Part shown: positions 13,844 to 28,810 of the stretch, piece after piece
Position numbering within the stretch: the stretch's first letter is position 1
Layout of the letters: each line of letters begins with the position of its first letter
Assembly (NCBI RefSeq): GCF_009914755.1
Contig: NC_060931.1
Strand: one strand, 5' to 3'
Length of the DNA: 64,000 nucleotides
From: the human T2T-CHM13v2.0 reference genome, Homo sapiens
Position numbers and translations under genes: made by a program
The notes under the pieces: generated by a model
What the model saw: the letters and a program-made list of their open reading frames with translations, nothing else
Told to the model about the DNA's origin: nothing
Databases searched by the model: none

Positions 13844-13881
13844 GTGTGTGTGTGTGTGTGCGCACACACACACACACACAC
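13844..13881. repeat. (GT)n-CG-(CA)n palindromic microsatellite
   Basis: Directly visible perfect 36-bp palindrome. Confidence 0.95.
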
Positions 13882-13964
13882 CAATTCTGTTCTGCAAAAA
13901 AGTAAAATAAAACTAATGTGTAAGCATTTCACTCAAATTTCAGGGAAGCAGGGTTTTCTACTTA

Positions 13965-14300
13965 ATTAGAAACTGGCTTCTGGAGTAACAACAGAAATAC
14001 TAACTTAACAGCAACTTAAAGAAATAATAGGGGTTTATTTTTCTCATACAGTAGTAACTCCCAAGAAGTCAGCCAGGGCTGGTGTAGCAGTTCAGTAATT
14101 TAATTGGAGCCCAGGCAAATTCAGTCTTTCTGCTCTGCCACATAGAGCATGTCAGATTTCATTTCCATGATTGTCATGAACTCATGGGCTGCTATATCTC
14201 CAGGCTCAAGTGGGCACTCCAGGCAGGAAAAGGAGAACTGGAAGAGGCTGCCCCCAGATGTAGGACAACTGGGAAGTTGAGTGTTTAGTGTTTACAGCTT
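13965..14300 (-). mobile_element. LTR33-like ERVL LTR
   Basis: aacagaaa...acttaaa...gggtttattttttctcata...ccagggctggt...tctttctgctctgcca...ccaggcagga. Confidence 0.6.
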
Positions 14301-14751
14301 CTCTAGAAGAGACAGGCGGGGGAACAGCCTTAGAAATGGAAGTTGGGTCAGCATTAGCATACTAAGATTAATAAATATACATTAATGGTGCTGTAGTCAT
14401 TATTATTTCCATATGTAAAATATCATGGATATTGTCATTTATTTAGAGTTCTGTCTTTATTATATTTACTATGATTCCTACAGTTCCTCTCACACTATTT
14501 CCCTGAGCTCTATTTTCTTCACAGATTAAGGTTTCTTTATGTAGACAAACACACACACACACACACATACACCTAAACAATATGAGTTTTCAAGAAGCTA
14601 ATCCCTGTGTTTGATGAAGAAACAAACCTATACAGAAATGTAGTGAATGAAAATGGTATACTTCACAACCTGCTTGCACTTTTGAAATCTAAGACTACAT
14701 TCATCCAGCTAAAAACTACCTTGAAGGATTCCCTGAAACTCATGCCTCTAC

Positions 14752-14770
14752 AGGACACCAGGTGGCAGTG
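14752..14770 (+). promoter_or_regulatory. Candidate CTCF core motif
   Basis: aggACACCAGGTGGCAGTG versus consensus CCASYAGRKGGCRSY (one core mismatch). Confidence 0.45.
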
Positions 14771-15639
14771 CAGCCTAAGAAGTGACTGTGAGCGTATCAG
14801 GTGCGATCTGTTGCTTGAGTACATCAAATTAAATAAACCAGTATAATTTTTTGCGTGCCTATGGAAACCTTTGAGCCACTTAATCATCATGGCTTCAATC
14901 TCATTTCTAGAAATGATCAAGGCATGATATGCCCTTTCAGTGACACCATTGTATGTGGCTTATTAACATTCAAATTCTTTTAAGATGGGAGGCAGTTCAT
15001 AGAAAACACAACTGTGCTATCTAACACAACATCTCCCAAGGCATTTTAGCCTAGTTTAGTAAGTGGTGAGATCACACTCTGATATTTGTTTCCAAAATTC
15101 GGGAAACTGCAGTACTTTCAGTGGTAGGATGTTTGAGGAAAAGAAAGGTTCAGACAAATTGCCTACTTTTAAAGGTAAGGCTCTAAGGGCTGGAGCTGTG
15201 TTCCTCTCTTCACCAGGGATTTTGAATCTTAAAAATATAGCAGAGATATGTGAAGAGCAAAGTAGCTTTTTTTTTTGAAAGATACGACATTTCAATCTTT
15301 AAACATAAATTTATTTATCTGGATGAAGTGAGATTTTGGCACATAAAGAGATGTTTAACCAGCACAACAGAGCATTAAGATAAAGGCAAAACTATGCTCT
15401 CTCTTCATCTATGGATGCTAATTGATTTTAACAGAATGAAAACTCCAGTGGGTTGGAACCAATTGCCTGGCGCTCTGTGTCGAGAAGGTTTCTGAGACTA
15501 TTTCTAAGCCTGGTGAGAAAAGTTAGTGATTGTCTGCTGGAAGTGGGAGATGAAGAGTGGTAATATTTTCCCTGAATTTATACATTTCCCATCCCTATCT
15601 TGTTTCCATTTGGTACCACATCCTCTCATTACATTTTCA

Positions 15640-16070
15640 AGGATCTGTTTTACATAAAGCACTATGTTGATCACTACGGAGGATATAGTATGAAAAAGAA
15701 ATGGGATGGTCCCTGCTCTCCAGGAAATGATAATATAGTAGGAAAGCACCAGGATCTATGTAATTTGTGGGAGAATGATTTAAGTGTCTCAAATAAGTAA
15801 AATGAGCATGATGAGGAGTAATCCCAGCAAAAGGCCACTTTTACTTGGAGAGATCAGGGACCAAGTCCCAGAGAAGTTGAAAGTTTATGTGGGGCCTAGG
15901 AGAACAACTAAGATTTCCAAAGGCAAAAGGCAAGTAAAAGACATTTAATGAAAATGAAGCCATGTGAACAAAAATGAGAATAGACCTGGCTCAGTCAACA
16001 AGCAGCTCCATGTGAAGGTAGGTGGTGCAAAATAGTAATAAGTAATAGATGTCACTTCATGAGAAACTTT
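15640..16070 (-). mobile_element. L2 fragment
   Basis: gcactatgttg...ggatatag...ggtccctgctctccagga...tagtagga. Confidence 0.55.
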
Positions 16071-16559
16071 GTCCTTTGAAAGTTAGTATATTCCCCATGT
16101 ATTTATTTATTGAACAGAATTGTCTGGTGATATTTATGTCTTTTTGGCTTAGAATATTTGAATTCAAATGCTTTGCACTCATTTGATCTCTTTATGCTGA
16201 GTATGGTGGGCGAGTAGGGGAAAAGAGAGACCTTTGAGCAAGGTGTCAGGAGTACCCAGATCTCTCTGTAAAATGTTCGCTTCTCGTTGACAGGTACTGA
16301 GTCTTCTCAGTGACTGAGAGAAGCCCTCTGTGAGAAGCCCTCTGGGTAAGACAGGAGTGGACAAACTTCTCCAACAGTGGAGAATGCACATGTTGGCAAA
16401 CTTGTTCTTCATGTTTCTCTTGATAAAGCCTCTGCCACTGGTCACTGGAGGTGGGTTTTCTGGCTCCAGGGGGAGTCTGACATGAGAGGGGATATCTCTC
16501 TTGCAATGGAGGGCTATAATTCCTAAGGAAGGAACCCAGAGGTAGAAGCAGAATCCCAG

Positions 16560-16825
16560 AGAAGAATCAGTGACAAATGTGAAGATGGATTTGGAGGAAT
16601 GTAAAAGATAAAGACTTTGAGAATGAGTCACTAGGAAAATGATAGTAGCAATAACAGAAATATAGACGTCAGGGAGAAGACTGTACAAGAGCTGCAGGAG
16701 AATATGGGAGTGACACTTACAGCACTCCAAGACACTCAGATGAAGAAGTCCAGCAAGTCATTAGGAGTGCAGGTACAGGACTGAGAGAGTGACAAGGACA
16801 AATTCATAGATTCAGAAAGTTCAAG
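16560..16825 (-). mobile_element. L2 fragment
   Basis: gatagtagcaataacagaaatatag...gaagtccagcaagtcattagga...atagatt. Confidence 0.5.
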
Positions 16826-17529
16826 GGGAATGGGCCTGTGGAAATATCACTGTGCTCTGGCAGTTTGGATATCTATCCAAAATAGTTGGATTCCATTGCT
16901 GACTTTCTATAAAAATCAAATATAAGTATATTTCAGCAGTAGAAACCGGATATGGTTCAGTGGGGGAAACCAGTTTTAAACATGAGAACACAGCTTCCTC
17001 TGAGACTTCAGGGAAGAATGAGAATGGTGTAGAGTCAGATATCCACAGAAGTAGGAAACACAAAAATTAGGGAATTTTTTTTTCCCACATGGACTATGCT
17101 GTCGACATGTCCTAATTGAGAGGACAGGGAAAAAAAGCCACAAGTTGGAGAAAGAGCCAACCATTTGGATTAACTGATGAGAGGTGGGGAAGATGCATTC
17201 AATGAGCAATGGTGCATGGAGGCCAGAGGTCCAAATGTGTGGGTGGTAATGTCAGCTCTTCTCCTAGAAAGGTAGGTAGGTCTTCTTCTAGAAATGCTTC
17301 ATGACATGGGTTCAGTAGAGGACACAATCAATCCTGGCCTAAGAGGGAGAGGGAAACTCACAATCCTGAGTGTTGAGAAGAATCATGCCATTGCTGCTGG
17401 TCCTGAATTCTATGTTGGATGACAGGAGCATGGTTGAATATGAAAAACTTGTGATGCCAGGGAGCAGGCTCAACAAAGGGGCACACCAGAAAAGTCTGTG
17501 TGAACAACACAATGCATGGAAAAAATATA

Positions 17530-17735
17530 TAGCAGCGCAATCAAAGGACCTCAATTGAACCTCCTTTCTACCTTTCCTCACTAGTTCTGCAAACTTTCTG
17601 AAAAATTTAACCCATTGGCTAATCAACAATAAGGACAGTAAGTCTTCCCACACAGGTTCATTATAAGAGTTAAAAAATATATTAGCATATATTAAAGTGC
17701 CAGGAACCTGGTGGGTTCTCAAAAATTATTACCTG
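17530..17735 (+). mobile_element. MIR
   Basis: cctcactagttctg...acaggttcattataagagttaaa...aaagtgcc. Confidence 0.55.
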
Positions 17736-17797
17736 GATTTTGAAACCGACTATGCTAGAGCAGTGTTCTATCATTTCAAATTTTTGCCCACTATGAT

Positions 17798-18524
17798 TGT
17801 AATCACCTGATGAGTTCTTCCTACCTCCTGCACAGAAAAAAAAATCAGTCCACTGAGATCTCAGCATTGCAGTAGAGAAAGAGTTTAACTGACACAAGGC
17901 TGGCCTACACTGGAGAACTTACACTTACTTATCACTTACATCAGTCTCCCTGAAGGCTCCAGGGCTCTGAGTTGAGGAGATTTTATGGGCAAGTTGGTGG
18001 GCAGGGGTTAGGGAATGGGAGCTGCTGATTGGTTAGGGATGAGATCATAAGGGTGTGGAAAATGGCCCTCATGCACTGAGTCTGCCCCTGGGTGTGGTCA
18101 CAGGATCAGTTGAGTCAGGAGTCACAAGTCCAGGTGGAGTCAGTCTGAAAAACATCTCAAAAAAAAAAAAAAAAAATCAGTCTTGGGTTCTACAACCCTC
18201 TGGCCATATAACTCCTGAGCAGGAAAGGATTATAAAAACTGTGCTTATATTTTAGCAGAGTTCAGGCTCCTCCCATAATCCTGTTCTTGTGGCCTTTCGT
18301 CAGTCTTACAAAGGCAGTTTTTGGTCCCTGAGCAAGGAAGGGATTAGTTTTAGGGAGGGACTATTCTTATCCTCCCTTTCAACTTAAACTATAAACTAAA
18401 TTCCTTCTGAAGTTAGCTTAGCCTACACCCAAGAATAACCAAGGGCAGCTTGGAGATCAGAAGCAAGAGGGAATCAACTATGTCAGATTTCTCTTACTGT
18501 CATAATTTTGCAAAGGCAGTTTCA
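17798..18524 (-). mobile_element. LTR8-family (LTR8/8A/8B, ERV1) solo LTR
   Basis: Reverse strand begins TGAAACTGCCTTTGCAAAATTATGAC; contains 'aaactataaactaaattcc..aagttagct'; TG...CA termini; 4-bp flanks tgat/caat. Confidence 0.88.
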
Positions 18525-19935
18525 CAATCACATATATTTTTCTCTCTTGTTATATTTATTTAGTATCCTTTTACCTTTGTGTCTTACAAAAGTTTGGAAT
18601 CTTTCTTTACCTAGTGAGTCATAAGAGATGCTGCTAAAAGGGCAATGACCATACATGCATTGTCTCCATAATGACTGATATCTAGACGAGATGGTTCTAT
18701 AAGCTTGGCTCAGCTGAATCTCTTATTCAGGTGTACAAAACAAAGCATGCCAGTGAACATTCACAGAGAACCCAAGTTGAACATTATGAGTTAAAGATGC
18801 AGTTAAAATATGAACATGTGAAGTTAAAATATGCAGATGAGGAGAGTATTCCACAGTTATTATCACTTGTTATTCCCCAAAAGCAGCTTTTCATGTTCTG
18901 TGAATGTAACAACAGTATAATGAATACTCATAAGTCTCCTAGATCAGTCTTAAAAATAAAACCACTAGCAAAGGCCTACTGTCACCATCTATGATGCAGG
19001 GCCTTCTCTTGCCTCAACTGGCCTTGCTGACGGCACTTGAGGCTACATCAGGGCCACGCTTGGAGGCCAAGTCATGAAGCCTTCACCCACTCCCACCCTC
19101 AGTCCCAGGGCATCCCCAGTTCCAACCTAATTTGACAAACTCTCAATAAATCAGCATGTTGTTCCAACAGAGATTTCTTTTAAATTGAAAATGGATCAAA
19201 GAGAATATAATTGATCATGTGAAATTGCAGCCAATGGGAAAACAAACTGAAAGCTTGCTGATGTACAAGTGGCCTTTCATCTAAGGAAGAGAGATTTGGA
19301 TGAAAATCCTAGACTTAAAAAATAGTGGCTATCAACCATCTCTACCTTCTCCTTCTATCCTGCAGGGACAAGAAATCCTAACAGAGGGATGCTGGAGTGT
19401 CTGTTCTATTTCAAAAGCTTGGTGGCTGTGCTCATGATAAGGCTTAACTGGCTTGCAGAAGGAAAAGGTAGGAAGACAAGAGAATTTGCATTCTCTAAGC
19501 ACCTATAAATGAAAGTCACTGCCCTACCTTTGTGAGGTTGATATTATAACTGAATGGAAAAAAAAATAAACAAGCAGAACTCCTGGGCAGGGTCAAGTGG
19601 GGTGGGCAGGAGAGGTGGTGGTGGAAGTGGAAAGGATATATTTATTGGGTTCTTTCCTTACGTGGATTGGTCTTGCCCTAAGGATTGGATTTTGTTTAAG
19701 GGAAACACTGCCATTTCAAATCTGCTATGGGTTTTTTGTGCTTATAGGAGTGTGACCCAGAGTCAATGCCCATTGTTTGTCAGGGTGAGCTCACATGTCT
19801 TGAAAATATGTGGTGCTGAAAAAATGTGGTGAGCTTCTACGCCTTGAAAATGTGTGGTGTAGGGGGTGAGAAGTGAACCATGCTGCACATTCACAGGAAT
19901 TTGAATGCAACAGGGGAGGAGAAAGGTCTTGGTAG

Positions 19936-20340
<405 letters not shown>

Positions 20341-20816
20341 CTAATTTTTAAATTTTTAAATAGTTGATTCTGCTGTGCTATTATCCTAAACCTTTAGGAA
20401 AAGTCTGCTCTCTGCAGTTGACTTGTGTTAGTGGAAATTTGGAAGAATAAAGCAATTAATTGTGTGTGGAGAAGGAGATAGGGTAAATAGGAACAGAGTG
20501 AAGGGCAGTGGTTGCAGGAAGTAAGTCTCAGGGAGGTTGTGGGAGAGTCCTAGTCAGTCATGAGGGCAAGAGACGGCCACAGTAGATGAAGGCCCAAGGA
20601 GGCCAAGGGGTGGGGATACAGGTGGAGAAATTGTTGGAGGTGGGGATGTCAGAAGCTGGTGCCTGTGGGAATAGCTAAATGGGTAATACATGGTGAAATT
20701 AACTCCTTTTTACTGAAGTTGGAGATTATCTACCTGATGTCATGGAATTAGTAAGGGACATTACCCTTGAACTCAGGGCCTAACTTCTTTTTACCATACT
20801 CCACTCTCTGTCCAAG

Positions 20817-21021
20817 AAATAATAGCTAATATTTATTGAGCCCTTGCTGTAAGGCCAGCCCTGTGCTATAATGAGTCAGGAATTCTTATTATTCTCAATT
20901 TACAGCTAAAGAAACTAAAGTTTAGAGATATTATGCAATTTAGTAAAGCTCCCAGAGCAAACAAAAGGCAGTGTCAGGATTTAGTTGTAAGTTTTTCTAA
21001 ACTCCAAAGTTCCAATTGTTT

Positions 21022-21053
<32 letters not shown>

Positions 21054-21195
21054 GAGACGGAGTCTCGCTCTGTCGCCCAGGCTGGAATGCAGCGGCGTGA
21101 TCTCGGCTCACTGCAAGCTCTGCCTCCAAGGTTCACACCATTCTCCTGCCTCAGCCTCCTGAGTAGCTGGGCAAAGTCCCAATTCTTAACCACTA
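20817..21195 (-). mobile_element. MIR interrupted by truncated AluY
   Basis: aataatagctaatatttattgagc...tttacagctaaagaaactaaag...; resumes 'tcttaaccactag' after the Alu. Confidence 0.75.
21018..21171 (-). mobile_element. 5'-truncated AluY (part of right arm) with (GTTTT)n tail
   Basis: Y-diagnostic 'gcaagctc...ggttcacaccattc'; 13-bp TSD caaagt(t/c)ccaatt (21005-21017, 21172-21184). Confidence 0.92.
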
Positions 21196-22269
21196 GCAAG
21201 ATAGCTTGGTCTGGAATGATATAAACTGAGTTGATAATACAGGTGTTCACCTGCTGACTAAACTCTATTATGGGTTATTTATATTAACAAATTTATTTAC
21301 TGGGTGTATAGGGAGAAAAAGGTTAAAAAATGAACTACCACCTAAACAATAAGGAAGAAAATTGAAATGGGTAAGTTATACTATTCACCTTGACAAGATG
21401 TTCAGGGCTGAACAGCAGCAAATTTAGCTAACATCTAACATCCCGGAATTTCAGAGAAGAAAATGGCTCACATACAAGAAAGTCTGTTAAAAGCATCTTT
21501 TTATTTGCTGTAAGAATATAATCTGCATTTCTATACAATCCATTATGCAAAAAACATGGTAGGCATTTTATAAGCAGTGCAAAATCTCAACATCTGTACA
21601 TTTGCTCCATTAAAATATTAGCAAAGGTTGAAAAAAACTCACATCTTAGGAGAAAAGAATACAGATTTGTTCCCCAGGAACATGGCTTCCAACATCAAGA
21701 AGCACAGCCAAGAAAACACAGCCTCATTAAATTCTCAATACCTAAGATGGAAGGTATTGACAGATAGGTAGGGAACATTATTTGAGGAGGCTACTACTCC
21801 CATGGGCCTCCTCAGTGTGTAGCCAAATGACTTTGTACAGCAAGCGCTAAAGCATCTGTGTATAAACAGATAGGAATTACCTGTTGAGTTAACCTAATCC
21901 AGGTGGAACAGACACTACCAGCCTGCAGAAGGGCCTTCTAACCCAGACACCAGGCAGGGAGCAAAGAATTGCAATCGCCTCCTTAACGAAAAGTCACAAT
22001 GATTCGTCTTTTTGTATAGCAATTAAATTTCTCTGAAGTATCATCATAAAGCACATTATAAATAAACTGCCCAATAGCATGGTAGGCACTAAATTCCGGA
22101 ACTTGCTCAACTTGAATAACTGCAGTTTATTGGAAATGAACTGCAGGGAATGAGAGAAGGAGAGGACACTAAACTCTTTACAATCAAGCCTGGAAGGTCG
22201 AGGCCATCCGGGAACAAACAGCTCCTTCTTTGTAGGGCTGTCCTGGAGAGTTCATCCTGATTATGAAAT

Positions 22270-22517
22270 GCTCTTAGCTACTTCTGTTATGCACCTATTA
22301 CTGGCCAGGCTCAGCCACAGCAACCAAAACCTACATTATCATTAATCTTCAATACAAAGTGCAGAGTGTGTATATGAATCCTAGTTTCTAGTTAAGCAAA
22401 TGGAGGCATCAAAAAATTATGCCATCCGAGCAAGGACCTGCAACTAGTTATAGACAGAATAGGATGAAGATCAGACTGGCCTGAAAACAAACCTAGTTTT
22501 CTCACTGCACCAGGCTA
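22270..22517 (-). mobile_element. MIR
   Basis: gcaaatggaggcatca...caaggacctgcaactagtta...ctcactgcacca. Confidence 0.6.
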
Positions 22518-22758
22518 TTTCTGAAGAGATTGAAAGCTATCTCTAGTCTTGAGCCTTTCCTTGCTACTTCTGTGATTTTAGTCCTGAATTAAAAATCCTA
22601 GGGAGAGACACAGAAGGGCTAACAATGCCACCATAAAAAGAGGTGAGTTATAAAGCTATGGATTCCACCAACAACTGTGAGAACAATCAGGATCTCAAGG
22701 GCTTTAGATATGTAGCGTGCTGTGAAGAGGATCTGAAATGTAACTTAAAGGCATCTCT

Positions 22759-22823
22759 AGCCTAGTTTAAATTCTTTATTTTCAGTCCAGAACAATCTGA
22801 AAATAAAGAATTTAAACTAGGCT
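22759..22823. repeat. Perfect inverted repeat (27-bp arms, 11-nt spacer)
   Basis: agcctagtttaaattctttattttcag / ctgaaaataaagaatttaaactaggct are exact reverse complements. Confidence 0.97.
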
Positions 22824-24294
22824 CAGAATTTTACACCCTCTTGGCCTAGGACCACAAAATCAAACTGACATCTTTTGCAATGACTCTTAAACCTGCAGTC
22901 TTTAAGGCAAGATTTTTTGTATCATCTACTGTGGGTAGAAGTAAAAGATTAGAGGAAAATGAAGCCAAATGCATCTCTTGCAAACCTTCACATCCTTCAA
23001 AGTACATGAGGTTATTGGGCATGAGGCACAATCTTCATGAGGCACAAAAATCTTTTTTTGTTTTTTAACTTGGATTTGCTTTATAAGCATGAATTCTGAA
23101 ATGTCCATGAATACAACAATTCATCCGTCTTCTCTTCCTTTTAATATTTTTACATTCAGAAGCACAACTTCTGTTTTGAATACATTTACTTTGATAGTTA
23201 CATATTTACTTGAATTTTAAATAAGTGTATTTACATTTTAAATAGGTGTATTTAAAATTGGAAAATATGTTTTTATCAGTGCATTTCTTAAATATGATGA
23301 TTATTAAACCAATATTCTTTTGGGGGCAAGTAACTTTTAGAGATTGAAAAAAGTGGCAATGAGAGGAATTTTATTTTTTTTTAAGTTTGTGTCATTTTAA
23401 TTTTGGTCCAATTTAGACTTTTAGAGACTTATACCATAAAAACACCCCTCTTGCTAGTTTGTTGCTGGCGTCTGGGCTGATCCCACATACAGCAATTGAA
23501 AAGTCTATACAAGAACAACAAAGAGGAAAATCACATACAACTTTCATTTCACCTTGGTGGAGTCAACCAGGATAGTACCTGCTCCAACAGCCTCCAAGGG
23601 TCTTGGAGGTGTGTCCTGCTGTGGCCAGTGGGTGCTGAGAAGCAGATAGGTAGACCCTCCTTCACTCCCTCTCTTCTTCCCCTCGGCCTATTTTCTGTTC
23701 CAGTTATGTGAGATGTTCTGAATCTTTTTCATTTTGATCCTCTGATCCAGCATCTTGTACCTTGCAGGATGCTCATCAGTTTTCTTTGAGACTGAAGGTG
23801 CATAGGAGCTAGATGCGTAAGCAGGGCGTTTAAAATGACGCAAAGGAGGCTTGATGACTGGCGGCCATGGAAAGGAAGACAGACAACGGTTAGCCTCACC
23901 CACGACATGCCACAACCTAAATATTGTGAGCAACTTCCTCTAGACCTGTTTGTTTCCTCCAAGACCAGGAAAGAAGCAGTTTGGATTCTCCCTGGAAACC
24001 TTATGGCAGATAGATGAATAAGCACGTTACCACCTTGGTCATTCAGTTAAAATAAATAAATGGAAGAAATTTCTAGAGATACAGTGATAACTGCAGTACA
24101 TAAAGGTCCTTTGACAATGAATGGATGGGGTTAAGGGAGTGAGAGGAAGCATTGGGGTCATTTCTGGGAACAGCAAAGCAAACAAGGTGAACACAGGTAT
24201 ATCATTAACAGCATTTAGCATTGTATGTAAGCTTTTAGTGTTTGGAAAGTGGCACTCAATCCCCAAGGGATACTTAAAAGTGCATCATTAAGAA

Positions 24295-26915
<2,621 letters not shown>

Positions 26916-27344
26916 AGGACAGCATCTAATCTGCAGATCTAGACATAGAAGGTAAAATACTCATTGACTTTTCCTCCCCCTGCTCCTCTCTGTGCCAGCC
27001 CCCACCTCATCCCTTCTAGGTTCTGCTGGAAAGTGTTTGGTCAGTGAGATAATGTCAACATGAATAAAGGTGAAAACAAGTCAAATGATCATCAAAAACA
27101 GATGAGATATAATAACTAGGTGAAAGTGCAAGGAAACAGAGCCAGTTGAACCCTTGCTCACTGGCTTTCCCTGCAGGCTCCTCCACTGTCACTGAAAAAG
27201 CCAGTGCAGGAGCAGGACACACGGTGGATCTGCTGGAAGGGCCAAGGTCAGGGACCCATCTGTCCAATGCCTGAGGCTTCCTTGTGAAAAACCAGCTCTG
27301 CACATCTCTTCCAATAACAGGCACATGCATGGTGCTTGTGACCA

Positions 27345-27697
27345 AACAAAAGATGAGAAACAACTTAAATGAACAATCATAGGGAATTGGTTAAATTCTG
27401 GTCCATTCTTAGAATATGCTACTGTGATACTATGGAAAGATGATACAGATGACTACTAACAAAAATAGAGGTTCATGTAATGGTGTTAAATGAAAAAGCA
27501 GGATATATTATCTAACCTCATTACTAGAAAATATAAACATATGTGCATAGGAAAATCTGGAAGAACATACATTTAAATCATAGCAGTGGTTATCTCTGAG
27601 TAGCATAAACATGGCTATTTTATCTCTTTGGTTGTTTATACTTTCTAATCTTTCTATGATGATCATGTTCTAGTCATGTAACTTTTAAAAAAGAAAC
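27345..27697 (+). mobile_element. L1ME 3' fragment
   Basis: tagggaattggttaaa...gttaaatgaaaaagcagg...aaatctggaagaa...gcagtggttatctctgag. Confidence 0.65.
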
Positions 27698-27857
27698 ATA
27701 CTAGTAAACATTTCTTCTATAGAATCATCTATCAGAGTTATTCTACGAAATCACACCTGAGAGAAAATCAGTCAAACCAAGTTCACCTTGGACCTTAGTA
27801 CTAGACATCTCAGACAAGCCATAGCTGAGTACACTTTTCACAGCATACAGATTAACT

Positions 27858-28631
27858 TCATCACTGGCCATCAGAGAAATGCAAATCAAAACCACAATGA
27901 GATACCATCTCACACCAGTTAGAATGGCGATCATTAAAAAGTCAGGAAACAACAGGTGCTGGAGAGGATATGGAGAAATATGAACAATTTTACACTGTTG
28001 GTGGGACTGTAAACTAGTTCAACCATTGTGGAAGACAGTGTGGCAATTCCTCAAGAATCTAGAACTAGAAATACCACTTGACCCAGCCATCCCATTACTG
28101 GGTATATACCCAAAGGATTATAAATCATGCTGCTATAAAGACACATGCACACGTATGTTTATTGCAGCACTATTCACAATAGCAAAGACTTGGAACCAAC
28201 CCAAATGTCCATCAATGATAGACTGAATTAAGAAAATGTGGCACATATACACCATGGAATACTATGCAGCCATAAAAAAGGATGAGTTCATGTCCTTTGT
28301 AGGGACATGGATGAAGCTGGAAACCATCATTCTGAGCAAACTATTGCAAGGACAAAAAACCAAACACTGCATGTTCTTAGTCATAGGTGGGAATTGAACA
28401 ATGAGAACACTTGGGCACGAGAAGGGGAACATCACACACCAGGGCCTGTCATGGGGTGGGGGGAGGCAGAAGGATAGCATTAGGAGATACACCTAATGTA
28501 AATGACGAGTTAATGGGTGCAGCACACCAACATGGCCCATGTATACGTATGTAACAAACCTGCACGTTGTGCACATGTACCCTAGAACTTAAAGTATAAT
28601 TTTAAAAATGGTAAAAAAAATTAAAAAAAAA
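27858..28631 (+). mobile_element. 5'-truncated L1PA (PA4/5-like): ORF2 C-terminus, 3'UTR, A-rich tail
   Basis: Near-consensus primate L1 sequence; the ORF at 28026-28226 is an ORF2p C-terminal fragment ending at a premature TGA; no clear TSD. Confidence 0.95.
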
Positions 28632-28704
28632 TTATGCTACTTCTCTTTTTAAAATACTTATGAGGTACCCATACTCCCAAGTATGCCTCATAAAAGCCTT
28701 CAAA

Positions 28705-28810
28705 AAATATTTATTCACCCACTTCTTAGAGTACCTATTGTGTGCTATTGATATAACAGTGAACAGAACAGACAGAAATCCCTGCCTTTATAGGGCTTCC
28801 ATTCTAATAA
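28705..28810 (-). mobile_element. L2a 3' end
   Basis: gatataacagtgaacagaacagacagaaatccctgcc...cattcta. Confidence 0.75.

Noticed and set aside
16316-16344. Tandem gagaagccctctg duplication (similar slips at ~18790, ~23215, ~35705)
   Set aside because: Ordinary short slippage duplications.
16179-16730. 183-aa minus-strand ORF
   Set aside because: Partly overlaps a decayed L2; no recognisable protein similarity.
28026-28226. Protein-like 66-aa ORF
   Set aside because: It is a fragment of L1 ORF2p in a truncated L1PA with a premature stop.
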